From NCBI GenBank assembly GCA_964462545.1, contig CAYWXR010000002.1, positions 152,783 to 216,782 on the forward strand: 64,000 nucleotides of DNA, read 5' to 3'. The notes below the pieces were generated by a model, which saw only the letters and a list, made by a program, of their open reading frames with translations, was not told where the DNA came from and searched no databases. A program made the translations under genes and the position numbers. Source of the stretch: an uncultured Thermomicrobiales bacterium. Its GTDB lineage: Bacteria > Chloroflexota > Chloroflexia > Thermomicrobiales > CFX8. Positions within the stretch are counted from its first letter, which is position 1, and every line of letters begins with the position of its first letter. Positions 26,108 to 35,740 of the stretch are shown in pieces.

Positions 26108-27118
26108 TCAGTTCCCGTTCAGTGGTGCAAGGGCCCTCAGCGTTCGTTCGATCTTGTCACCATCGGCGCCGGCAAAGGAGAGGACAGGTTCGTCCAACCC
26201 GCTCGCCACCCATGATTCCAGTTTGGCGGCAATCTCGTCGGCAGTCCCGACCAGTGCTGTCGCGTCGAGCATTTCGTCCGAAACACCGGCGGCAGCGGCA
26301 TCGTGCCCCTGCTTCCATCCTGCGCGAACTGCTGCCACTTCCTCGACATAGCCATGGCGTTCGAGCATCTCGGCGTAGAAATTACCCATGCGGCCAATAT
26401 AAAAGGCGATTGGCCCGCGTGCCCGGCGGCGCATTGTTGCCCGTTCCGACTCATCCTCGACCAGCACGGTTGTGATGTATGGCGCGATCCGGGTTGAACC
26501 AGATTCCCGGCCGGCAGCGATTGATGCTTCATCCAGCGTCGCCCGCATTTCGGCAAATTTCGCTCCCGGCCAGTAGATCGGTAGGACGCCATCGGCAATT
26601 TCGCCGGACTGTTTGAGGCTGCGGGGTGTCAGTGATGCGATATAGATCGGAATGTGCGGGCGGATCGGGTTCATTCGTAGACCGAATCCCTGGTCCAGCG
26701 TGAAGATCTCGCCGCGATGATGCAGTTTTTCGCCGGCGATCAGGGTTGTAATGATCTCGACGTATTCCTTGATACGGGTCAGCGGCTTCTCGAAGGGAAC
26801 ACCGTGCAGACGTTCGACCACGATTGGGCCGGATGAACCGAGGCCGAGGATAAAGCGACCACCGGATTGTTCATCGATGGTTGCCGCACCCATGGCGATG
26901 GTCGCTGCCGAGCGGGAGAAGACATTTGCGATGCCGGCGCCGAGTTTGATTCGCTCGGTTACTCCTGCCATCTGGCTGAGTGAAGCGAAGAGTTCATGTG
27001 CCCAGGTCTCGCCAAGCCAGCAGGAATCGTAGCCCAGTTCATCGGCCAGGCGCACGGTGCGTAGCGCCTGCTGCCAGTCTCCTCCGGGAGCCACACCACC
27101 GGTAATGCCCAGTTTCAT
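26108..27118 (-). CDS. Luciferase-like monooxygenase (LLM) family oxidoreductase, F420- or FMN-dependent
   Basis: MKLGITGG..., LGYDSCWLGE, RFILGLGSSGP: the LLM TIM-barrel pattern. ATG at 27118. Confidence 0.85.
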   Translation of the reverse strand: MKLGITGGVAPGGDWQQALRTVRLADELGYDSCWLGETWAHELFASLSQMAGVTERIKLGAGIANVFSRSAATIAMGAATIDEQSGGRFILGLGSSGPIVVERLHGVPFEKPLTRIKEYVEIITTLIAGEKLHHRGEIFTLDQGFGLRMNPIRPHIPIYIASLTPRSLKQSGEIADGVLPIYWPGAKFAEMRATLDEASIAAGRESGSTRIAPYITTVLVEDESERATMRRRARGPIAFYIGRMGNFYAEMLERHGYVEEVAAVRAGWKQGHDAAAAGVSDEMLDATALVGTADEIAAKLESWVASGLDEPVLSFAGADGDKIERTLRALAPLNGN

Positions 27119-27193
27119 CCGCTCTCTCCCATCCGTTTCATGGTTGTATGAGCGGCATGGTAGCACGGCTACTGTCTCGAGAACCGGGTGAGG

Positions 27194-28816
27194 TCAGACA
27201 TGTTCGATAATGATCAGTTCGTTGCGGGCACGGGACCATCCAACCAGTTTCAGGCGATCTTCCGGTTGCGACGGGTTGGCAGCATCCATTTCGGTGACAA
27301 TCACTACCGGACTTTCAAGACCCTTGAACCCATGGATGGTCGAGACGCGCACTTCCTGTCGCCCCGGGTTATCGGACCAGGTCAGAGTCAGGTTTCCGAG
27401 TCGTTTGCCTTCATGCATGCTGCTGCGCTGCCGGCTTGCCGGCGTCAGGATAACCACGCTGGAAGACGGCAATTTTTCGACATTGATCAGGTTGTGCAGC
27501 CTGTTGCGGAGTTCCTGTTCGGGATCTTTGGTTGCAGCGACAGTAACCGGTCGTCCTTCCGGCCCCAGGCAGGACACCGGCATGTCATAGAACTGGCTGA
27601 TCCGATCATGAATCCTGCAGGTGGTGCGCAGGTTGTTTGTTAGCCGGTAGGGTGTCGCCTCGAACGGCATGTGGACCTGTTCGGTGTAGAGACGTTGTTC
27701 ATCGTCGTAGAAGATGTACCAGATACCCTTGTCCGGATCAGTCAGTAGCGCCTGGAGTGGAACCCACCACTCGTCGCTAAAGTCCTGACCCTCGTCGACG
27801 ATGATTGCGTCAAAGCGTTCAGTCAGGATGGCCGTGGCGTCCAGCAGTTTCTCGGGCAGAATCTCGCGGAACCAGGTGTCATCAGAGACATCCTGTGGCT
27901 TGTTCATGTCGAGCCCCGCCTTGGTGGCGTGTTCATGGGCAAGCTCATGGAAATGCTGGATGCGGAGTGTTGGCGGCGTTGGCGCGAGCGACTTGCGCAG
28001 CCAGTTCGCGAGATTCTTGTTGTAGCAGGTGAGCAATGTGTTGAAGCCCTGCCCGGCAAGGCGTCGGGCCTTTTCGGCTGCGAGCATTGTCTTGCCTGAT
28101 CCGGCACATCCGGCGATGAGCGCCTGGTTGTGCATCGAGAGAAAATCCAGCAGCCCGAACTGCTGTTCGGTGAGACGCCGGAACAGCTCTCCTTCCTGAC
28201 GAATAGTCGCTGCGAGCGAGATCGGCAGATCCCACGAACGCGCAAAGATCGTCTGCAACGTCTTCAACGCTGCGGGATTGAACGATGCGGATCTGGTGGT
28301 CGACCAGTAGGAGAATGCCCGGTCGATTGCTGTCTGGACATTGTCGAGGTCGATTGCGTCGATCAGGATCTCCCGTGGAAGGTCGGCGCCGAGCCAACCC
28401 TCCATGCGCGAATCGGGAAAGACCACTGCGTGGCCGCCATTGTTTCGCAGATCGCTGCCGCCAGGAGCATCAGCGATGACGTTACAGACATCGTAGAAGT
28501 TGTTCTGTGCCTGCTCGACCGGGTTTTTGATGACGTGGCGATCGCCGTACCGATCCCGGCTGTACCAGGTGCCGGTCACACCATCGACCGATATCCCGCC
28601 ACCCTTGACCTCCAGCACCAGCAATCCACGTTCAGGATGGGTGATGATGAAGTCCGCCTCACCGTTTACCGCGCCGTACCTGGTCTTGCGAAGCCAGCGG
28701 ACCCCGGCATACACAGTGTAGTCATTGTCCAGTCCATGTTTGAGCGTATCGAAGAGGCGGTACTCTGCGTCGCTGCTGACAGTATCCGGCAATCGCTCCG
28801 GAAACATTCTGGCCAT
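27194..28816 (-). CDS. NERD-domain nuclease-like N-terminus fused to an SF1 (UvrD/DUF2075-like) helicase/ATPase
   Basis: NERD region: EYRLFDTL ... GEADFIITHPERGLLVLEVKGG. Walker A GCAGSGKT, Walker B IIVDEGQDF, C-terminal STIHGFKGLESPVVIV. ATG at 28816 (GGAG 6 nt upstream) lies 17 nt after the upstream stop. Confidence 0.88.
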   Translation of the reverse strand: MARMFPERLPDTVSSDAEYRLFDTLKHGLDNDYTVYAGVRWLRKTRYGAVNGEADFIITHPERGLLVLEVKGGGISVDGVTGTWYSRDRYGDRHVIKNPVEQAQNNFYDVCNVIADAPGGSDLRNNGGHAVVFPDSRMEGWLGADLPREILIDAIDLDNVQTAIDRAFSYWSTTRSASFNPAALKTLQTIFARSWDLPISLAATIRQEGELFRRLTEQQFGLLDFLSMHNQALIAGCAGSGKTMLAAEKARRLAGQGFNTLLTCYNKNLANWLRKSLAPTPPTLRIQHFHELAHEHATKAGLDMNKPQDVSDDTWFREILPEKLLDATAILTERFDAIIVDEGQDFSDEWWVPLQALLTDPDKGIWYIFYDDEQRLYTEQVHMPFEATPYRLTNNLRTTCRIHDRISQFYDMPVSCLGPEGRPVTVAATKDPEQELRNRLHNLINVEKLPSSSVVILTPASRQRSSMHEGKRLGNLTLTWSDNPGRQEVRVSTIHGFKGLESPVVIVTEMDAANPSQPEDRLKLVGWSRARNELIIIEHV

Positions 28817-28833
28817 TTCAGACTCCGGTTCGT

Positions 28834-31818
28834 TCAAACATCACAACGCCTGCCGCCACAGGTGCAGGGGAAGTGGCCGGAGGAGATGCCGGCAATAGCG
28901 GATTCGATTCGCTGGCGGACTGACGCCATGTCAAAGTCGTTGACGTCAATCCGGACCCAGTTGCTGTGGCGCACGAATGCCATCGTCGCGTAGCGTGGTT
29001 CAATATTGAGTGCCTCGCGGCAAGCCATCACGTAAATTGGCAATTGCAGGTCGTAGAGCACCTCTTCGCGGGTTTTGTTCTGCCGGTTGGTCTTGTAATC
29101 AACAATCTCGATTTCTCCATCCGGCGTCCGCTGAATACGGTCGATGAACCCGTGAATTACCGGTGCTCCGGGGCCGGGGCGCAGGCGGAGGAAGAACTCC
29201 TGCTCGGTAAGGAGCGGGGTTGCCTTTGCGTCCGGACTGTTCAGGAATCCGCTCACTGCCAGGCTGGCGGGCTCGGAATCAAACTCACCTCCGGATATGG
29301 CCATTGCCTCCTGCAACAACGTCCGGAAATCACATTCCAGACCCTGGTTCCGTGCAATGTGCTGGGCGTGCAAGGCGTCATGAAACGCTGTCCCAAGCCG
29401 TGTCCGCCAGGCGTGTGCCGGGTTTGCCGGCACCCCAACGATGTACTGGAGCAAATAGCGCCGTGGGCACTGTTCCCAGGTGCTGATCTGGCTGTATGAG
29501 AAGACGTTGCGCGGTGCCGGTGAGAACGTGGAATCGAGGATCGAGTTCCGAATCTGCTCTACCTTGCGCATCACGCGCGGGCGTTCTTCCCGGTAGCGGG
29601 ATAGGCCGTGGGCAAGAGCCAGCATGGCTTCTTCTTCGGCGGGTTTGTCACGCCAGTAGGCTTCCCAATCTCTGGTGAATTGCGCGAAATCATCGGCCGG
29701 ATCCAGTTTCGTGACGATCCGGTTGAAGAACGTAGCCAGAGGCGGGTCCTCGACCGGGGCAGGGTAGGAAGGGATTTCTACCTGGTTCACCAATCCCGCA
29801 AGTTCGTCCAGGAGCGGAAACACCTTCTGGGCAGTCTTCCGGGAAGGATGCTTTTTCGACCATGTGAGATAGAGGTGTTTCTTTGCCCTGGTCACCGCTA
29901 CGTAATAGAGGCGGCGTTGCTCTTCTTCGGAGAGTTGCTTTTCGACTTCTTTCACCGCTTCCAGGTATTGGGACCGGTCGGCAAAGTCTTCCCGCCGTGG
30001 GTAGATATCACGATCGTGGCGGAGATCTGTCGGCAGAATACCCACCTGTGAGCCAGTCATGCCGGCGTCGTTCTTGTTCAACCCGGCAAGAACAACTACG
30101 TCAAACTCCAGCCCCTTGGCGCCATGAATCGTCATCAGGACTACGGCGTCACTTTCCTGCACCGCATCGATCCGGGCATCACTGCCGGCCAACTGGTCCA
30201 GGGCTTCAAGGTAGTCGACAAAGGCATGTAACGATGTATCCACACTATTGCGGGTGAACTGGACGGCGATGCCGGTCAGGTGGTCTAGCGCCTGCAACTC
30301 GACCTTGGGATGGTCCCACTGCATGCCGGCGATGATCTTGCGCACCATGACATCGACTGGCTGGGTACGTGCTGCCCGCACCAGTCCGCGAAGTTCGTTG
30401 AGGAACCTGCCGGCTGCATCAACCACGCCCGGGTCGATGTCTGCCGGCGGATCGGCGACGATCTGTTTCAGCGACCGCAGGTAGTTTGTCGATCGCAGGT
30501 AATCACGAAGCGCATAGACTGTCCGGTCATTCAGTCCGCACCGGGGACTGGTCAGCACCCGGACGGCGCTGGCCGTGTCGGCTGGATTGTGGAGCAAGCG
30601 AATGGTCGCGACCGTGTCCTTCACCGCCGGCAGGTCGAAGATACCTTCGCCGCCAAGAATCTGGGCCGGAATGCCCCGCTCTTCAAGGGCCCGGGCAATT
30701 GCCGGCAGCAGTTTGCGCTTGCGCGTCAACACTGCCATCGTCTTGGCGCCTCTCGCCCGGTGCACAGCGAGTGTCTCGGCAATCCAGGTAACCTCGTCGT
30801 GCCAATGTTCCCCGCCAGCGAGCAACGGACGCATCGTGCTCGCCTGCTCATGCGCACGGAGCGCAGCCGGGGTGCCTTCGCTCCTGACAATGCGGTTGGC
30901 AATATCAAGCACCGGTTGCGGAGAGCGGAAGCTCACCGAAAGGGAGACATCTACCAGATTGGGAACTTCTTCGGAAAGACGTTGAATGTTGTCGACTGCA
31001 GCCCCGCGAAACCGGTAAATGGACTGGTTGGGGTCACCAACTACTCGCAGGTCATACTCGGGAACCGCAAGTCGTTTAACCAGTTCTGCCTGGGCGTAAT
31101 TGGTGTCCTGGTACTCGTCCACGACAAAGAACCGGTAGCGATTGCGATAGGTGGCCAGCAACTGCGGGTTGGTATCGAGTGCATGGATGGCCATCTGAAT
31201 CTGATCGCCGAAGTCGATTGCCCCGTTCTCGCGGCACCAGTCGGAATAGGCTGCATACACGCGTCGCCGATCGCGCATTTCGGCGGCGTGGATTGCATCT
31301 TCTTCCGGGATGCTGGCGATATAGTCATCCAGCATCTCGATTGAGACGAGTTCATCCTTGCACCGGCTGATGAATTCCACCAGAAGGTTAATGGTGCCGG
31401 TGAAGTTGATCATGTCGAGTTGCTCAATCTCGACACCGTCGCGGAGCAGTTTGCGGATTGCCAGCCAGACTTCCACTTCGGAGAGAAGACGTGGCTTTAC
31501 CGGTAGCCCCAGCCCGGCAGCACCATCGGAGACGATCTGTCCGCCGAATGAATGATAGGTGCCACTCCAGACATCTATCCGGCTGTCCTTCAGGGTAGCT
31601 TGTAGACGGGTAGTCAATTCACCGGCAGCAGCATTGGTGAAAGTGAGCGCGACAATCTGGTCGGGCCGGGCAATTCCCGATCGAATGAGTTCGGCAATGT
31701 GCTCGGTCATCGTCGCGGTCTTGCCGGACCCTGCACCGGCGATCACTCGCAACGGACCATATTGATGGTGGATGGCCGCGTGCTGTTCAGGCGTCCACTG
31801 GCGTTCAGTTTCCATCAT
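28834..31818 (-). CDS. UvrD-type helicase fused to a C-terminal Cas4/AddB-type PD-(D/E)XK nuclease (AdnB/AdnA-like subunit 2)
   Basis: AGAGSGKTATM, FVVDEYQDTN, nuclease GFIDRIQRTPDGEIEIVDYKTNR, cysteines CPRRY ... CTCGGRRC. Start ATG at 31818/31815; the track GTG at 31848 is possible. Confidence 0.9.
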   Translation of the reverse strand: MMETERQWTPEQHAAIHHQYGPLRVIAGAGSGKTATMTEHIAELIRSGIARPDQIVALTFTNAAAGELTTRLQATLKDSRIDVWSGTYHSFGGQIVSDGAAGLGLPVKPRLLSEVEVWLAIRKLLRDGVEIEQLDMINFTGTINLLVEFISRCKDELVSIEMLDDYIASIPEEDAIHAAEMRDRRRVYAAYSDWCRENGAIDFGDQIQMAIHALDTNPQLLATYRNRYRFFVVDEYQDTNYAQAELVKRLAVPEYDLRVVGDPNQSIYRFRGAAVDNIQRLSEEVPNLVDVSLSVSFRSPQPVLDIANRIVRSEGTPAALRAHEQASTMRPLLAGGEHWHDEVTWIAETLAVHRARGAKTMAVLTRKRKLLPAIARALEERGIPAQILGGEGIFDLPAVKDTVATIRLLHNPADTASAVRVLTSPRCGLNDRTVYALRDYLRSTNYLRSLKQIVADPPADIDPGVVDAAGRFLNELRGLVRAARTQPVDVMVRKIIAGMQWDHPKVELQALDHLTGIAVQFTRNSVDTSLHAFVDYLEALDQLAGSDARIDAVQESDAVVLMTIHGAKGLEFDVVVLAGLNKNDAGMTGSQVGILPTDLRHDRDIYPRREDFADRSQYLEAVKEVEKQLSEEEQRRLYYVAVTRAKKHLYLTWSKKHPSRKTAQKVFPLLDELAGLVNQVEIPSYPAPVEDPPLATFFNRIVTKLDPADDFAQFTRDWEAYWRDKPAEEEAMLALAHGLSRYREERPRVMRKVEQIRNSILDSTFSPAPRNVFSYSQISTWEQCPRRYLLQYIVGVPANPAHAWRTRLGTAFHDALHAQHIARNQGLECDFRTLLQEAMAISGGEFDSEPASLAVSGFLNSPDAKATPLLTEQEFFLRLRPGPGAPVIHGFIDRIQRTPDGEIEIVDYKTNRQNKTREEVLYDLQLPIYVMACREALNIEPRYATMAFVRHSNWVRIDVNDFDMASVRQRIESAIAGISSGHFPCTCGGRRCDV

Positions 31819-34747
31819 TTGCCCCCTGGCAGAGATGACGGTATGCACACCGGGTGCAGGAATAGCTCGAGTTGGTTACCGGGAACTCGTTGCGGAGAAT
31901 CTTGCTGGCAGTTTCGGCAACGTATTCCCGAAGTGCGTCCAGTTTGTCCTCGTCGAGTTCGGCCGAGATGTATTGCTTCTCTGCCATGAAGTCCTGAGCG
32001 TACTGCCCATCGCGGTCGTCGAGACTCCCGAGGAAACAAAGGCTCGCCCTGGGCCCGGCCACCGGGTTCAGATCACGATATGCGAGCGTATAGATGCCGA
32101 GTTGACGCTGGCGTTGGGCAATGGTGCCGGCCGGTTTCCCACTCTTGAAGTCGATGATTTCGTAGGTGCCGTCCGGATGCCGGACAACACAGTCAATCTG
32201 GCCGACCATCTGGTGGTTGCCAAACGGCAGGTCGAACGCCAGTTCGGCGTCAACCACTTCGACGTTTCGTTTGGATTCCCATGCGTGATAGCGTGCAAGT
32301 ACATGCTCGCAATAGCTCCGAACCTGCAACTCCTGGGCGACGGATTCAAACCCGGTTGCGTCCCAATCGGCGTCCAGTTTCATGTGCACCTCGCCCCAGG
32401 TGGGGAAGTGGCCCTGCTTGCGTTGCTGGTTGATCCAGCGAATGGTGTCATGGACAATCGTGCCCCGCCGCGCATAGGCCGAGAAGCGATCGTCGGGCAG
32501 ATGCAGGACATAACGGTAGTAATACTGCCGGGGACAATCCTCGTAAGCGGTGAGCGCCGTATAGGACAGCCGGAGCGATTCACTGCCGTCATAGGGAAAG
32601 GGTTCGGCGTGCGGTCGCCACGGGCTTACCCCCGGCAGTTCGGTCAGTGCCAGTTGACCCAGCATCAGGTCGGCAATCGCGTCACCACTGAGACCATGTT
32701 GCTCCAGAGCGGCATCAATACGCTGACGGTGCTGGTGGGCAAGATCCCTGGCGTTGAGGATGCTTTCGTCTTCGGTGGCGACGACAACCTTGTTGAGTAA
32801 TTCCGATCCGCTCAGCTTGATGTCATTCAGGAAAACCGGTGGGCCAGTGCTGATGTCGTCGTACCGGTGCGCCCATGACAGGTAGAGGCGCTCGATTGCC
32901 CGGGTCAGGGCGACATACCCGAGGCGGCGTTCTTCCTCGAGGAACCGCAGTTTCAATGTCACGTCGTCCGGTTGGAGGTCGGGATCGTCGATCCAGATGC
33001 TATCCGGCTGGCTGAGGTCGATGCTGTGGTCGAGACGGCGCTGCAACGGGAACCGGCCCTGCGCCATTCCTGCGACAAACACATGGCGGAACTCCAAGCC
33101 TTTTGCCGAGTGCATGGTCAGGATCTGGACTGCTGATTCGCTTGGCAGCGCATCATCCGGCAGAGGTGTCTGCTCTTCAAGTTCTGCAATAAAGGTTGTC
33201 CGGTCCCCGTCGGATTCGGCAATCTGCGTGGCGCGCTCGATCATTGCCGAAAGTTCCTGGACGTACCGGTAATCGTCCCGGCTGATCGATTCCTTGAGTG
33301 GCAGGCGCTGGCAGATGTGGGCCGCCTGATAAACCTGCTCCGGCAACGGGAGCGGTGCAAGCGCGGCAATGTCTGCCAGTGCTTTCCGTACCAACCGGGC
33401 TGAATCCGGATCAATCGCCGCCAGACGTTCAACCAGTCCGGTCTCTTCTTCAACCGGCGCAATCTCGCCGGCAAGAATCTGAAGTGGATCAATGCCCTGG
33501 GCTGTGATGATCCGGACGATGCCGGAATCGGCCGGGTCGTCGATCAATCGCAGCACTGCCAGCACATCGGCAACGGCATCGCCCCGATTGGTCGTGTCCT
33601 GGGTCAGGGTTGAGCGGATGCCGTAGTCTGCCAATGCCCGGTCGATAGGACCGGCGGCGACATGGACACTTCGCAGGAGAATGGCAATATCGCCAAGCGG
33701 GACGCCATCTATGAAATGCAGGCGAGCCACCTGCCGGGCAATCGCATCGGCTTCTTCCTGCTCTGTCTGGACTTCGATCACCGTTGGAAGTTCTGCCTCC
33801 TGCCGGGAGACAGCAACCAGAGGCCGGCGTTCGAGGACTTCTTCATTGAGTTTGATCAGGGCATTTCCCGCGTCGAGGATCGGTTGGCGAGAGCGGAAGT
33901 TGCTGGTGAGGTGGATAGTTCTCGTGCCGGGAAATTGCTGGTCGAACTCGGCCAGAAACCGGTGACTTGCACCACGGAAGGCGTAGATTGACTGGTCGAC
34001 ATCCCCTACCACGGTCAGGTTGCTGCCGTCGCCGGTCAACAATTCAATGATCCGGGATTGGGCACGGTTGACGTCCTGGTATTCATCAACCAGTACAAAC
34101 CTGAACCGGTCACGCCACCGGTTTCGGATTTCATCGTCCAGAAGAAGTTCGATCACCCGGAGTTGCAACTCGCCCCAGTCATGGAGACGATGGGTGTTAC
34201 GAAGCTTCACCTGATACAGACTGTACGCCCTGGCGAGGTCCATCAATTGCTGATTGCCGCGTTGCTCGGCAAGGGCAACGGCATCGTTGGGGAACTTCAG
34301 TTCATCCTTGGCGCGGTCGATGAAGCGCAACGCCTGCTGGATCAGTTCCCGTTGTTGAACACCGTACGACGGAAACGAATGTCCTTCAATCGCCTCACGC
34401 AGGAACACCGTTCGTGGGTGTTCCTGCAGAATGATCGGTGGCCCCTGGCCGAGGAGAGCACGCTCGTGTCTGAGTACCCGCATACAGAATGAGTGAAACG
34501 TCTCGACCCAGAACTCGGTGTAACTGCGGTTGAGTTGATCGATAATCCGTTCCTTCATCTCGCGGGCGGCTTTGCGAGTGAAGGTCAGTGCGAGAATCTG
34601 GTTGACAGCGGCCTCATTGCTATCGACGTAGGAAACAAACCTGCCCGCCAGTGTGGCGGTCTTGCCGGTTCCTGCTCCTGCAAGGATTCGCAATGGAGAC
34701 CCGCGATGCTTGATAGCCTGAAGTTGCTCAGGGTTATATGCCGGCAT
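31805..34747 (-). CDS. UvrD-type helicase fused to a C-terminal Cas4/AddB-type PD-(D/E)XK nuclease (AdnA/AdnB-like subunit 1)
   Basis: MPAYNPEQLQAI, AGAGTGKTATL, VLVDEYQDVN, nuclease GQIDCVVRHPDGTYEIIDFKSGK, cysteines CPRQY ... CTRCAYRHLC. ATG at 34747. Confidence 0.9.
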   Translation of the reverse strand: MPAYNPEQLQAIKHRGSPLRILAGAGTGKTATLAGRFVSYVDSNEAAVNQILALTFTRKAAREMKERIIDQLNRSYTEFWVETFHSFCMRVLRHERALLGQGPPIILQEHPRTVFLREAIEGHSFPSYGVQQRELIQQALRFIDRAKDELKFPNDAVALAEQRGNQQLMDLARAYSLYQVKLRNTHRLHDWGELQLRVIELLLDDEIRNRWRDRFRFVLVDEYQDVNRAQSRIIELLTGDGSNLTVVGDVDQSIYAFRGASHRFLAEFDQQFPGTRTIHLTSNFRSRQPILDAGNALIKLNEEVLERRPLVAVSRQEAELPTVIEVQTEQEEADAIARQVARLHFIDGVPLGDIAILLRSVHVAAGPIDRALADYGIRSTLTQDTTNRGDAVADVLAVLRLIDDPADSGIVRIITAQGIDPLQILAGEIAPVEEETGLVERLAAIDPDSARLVRKALADIAALAPLPLPEQVYQAAHICQRLPLKESISRDDYRYVQELSAMIERATQIAESDGDRTTFIAELEEQTPLPDDALPSESAVQILTMHSAKGLEFRHVFVAGMAQGRFPLQRRLDHSIDLSQPDSIWIDDPDLQPDDVTLKLRFLEEERRLGYVALTRAIERLYLSWAHRYDDISTGPPVFLNDIKLSGSELLNKVVVATEDESILNARDLAHQHRQRIDAALEQHGLSGDAIADLMLGQLALTELPGVSPWRPHAEPFPYDGSESLRLSYTALTAYEDCPRQYYYRYVLHLPDDRFSAYARRGTIVHDTIRWINQQRKQGHFPTWGEVHMKLDADWDATGFESVAQELQVRSYCEHVLARYHAWESKRNVEVVDAELAFDLPFGNHQMVGQIDCVVRHPDGTYEIIDFKSGKPAGTIAQRQRQLGIYTLAYRDLNPVAGPRASLCFLGSLDDRDGQYAQDFMAEKQYISAELDEDKLDALREYVAETASKILRNEFPVTNSSYSCTRCAYRHLCQGANDGN

Positions 34748-34883
34748 GGTTCGGGAGTCCACGGTACCTCTTTTCCTGCTGAAAAGATTGTGCGTGAAGA
34801 CAACTACCAAATGCCAGCGTACCAACGTCCCGTGTACGCTTGTCTGGATGGGTGATGAAGACCGGTGATGAGATGGATAGCCG

Positions 34884-35723
34884 ATGATCGTTCTTTCTTC
34901 GTATCAACTGGAAAACCTGGCCGAACTTCAGGCTGACCGCCCGGATAGTGTCGAGATGTCCCCGGACCTCGGCCTGACGTCGGTGACTGCCTTGATAACG
35001 GATGAAGGAATCCGCTTTCCCGATGGCGAGTTGCTTTCCTGGCGGGATGCTGCCGAGATTCGAGACGCCGATGGGCGGTGTTTTCTGGTCGATCAGGACG
35101 GGATTCAGCAGGTCCAGGTGTTTTCCCGGACAACGAACTGGTCCCGCAGTCTGCTGGCTACCGCTGGTGCGCCGACAGTGATTGTTTCCGGATTCCCGAT
35201 GCACAGGATCAAGGGAACAGACCCGATGGCAGACACCCTCGCCAAGATCCGGGCCTGTGGTCAGGTACGTGGCCGGGTGCTGGATACTGCCACCGGACTG
35301 GGATACACGGCGATTGAGGCGGCGAAGTATGCCCGGGAAGTGGTGACGGTTGAGGTCGACCCTGCTGCAATCGCCATCTGCCGCCTGAATCCGTGGTCAT
35401 CCGGGCTGTTCGATAATCCCCGTATTTCCCAGGTTGTTGGAGACATTGATGACGTGATCGATACGTTCGATGACGGCAGTTTCGACATCATCATCCATGA
35501 TCCACCGACCATGAATATCGCCGGACACCTGTATGGGGAGGCCTTCTATCGCAAGCTCTACCGGGTGACCGCCCGGAGGGGGCGCGTCTTCCATTACATA
35601 GGTGATCCCACCAGCCGGGCCGCAGGCAGAATCACCACCGGTGTTATCCGCCGGTTACAGGCAGCAGGGTTCCAGCGGGTCGAACGCAAACCCGAAGCAT
35701 TTGGTGTGCTGGCCTATCGCTGA
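34884..35723 (+). CDS. Class I SAM-dependent methyltransferase (COG2521-like), substrate unknown
   Basis: Motif I VLDTATGLGYTA, EVDP, and post-motif IIIHDPP. A roughly 120-aa N-terminal domain of unknown function precedes them. Confidence 0.75.
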   Translation: MIVLSSYQLENLAELQADRPDSVEMSPDLGLTSVTALITDEGIRFPDGELLSWRDAAEIRDADGRCFLVDQDGIQQVQVFSRTTNWSRSLLATAGAPTVIVSGFPMHRIKGTDPMADTLAKIRACGQVRGRVLDTATGLGYTAIEAAKYAREVVTVEVDPAAIAICRLNPWSSGLFDNPRISQVVGDIDDVIDTFDDGSFDIIIHDPPTMNIAGHLYGEAFYRKLYRVTARRGRVFHYIGDPTSRAAGRITTGVIRRLQAAGFQRVERKPEAFGVLAYR

Positions 35724-35740
35724 TCGTCCCGCGTAGCAAT

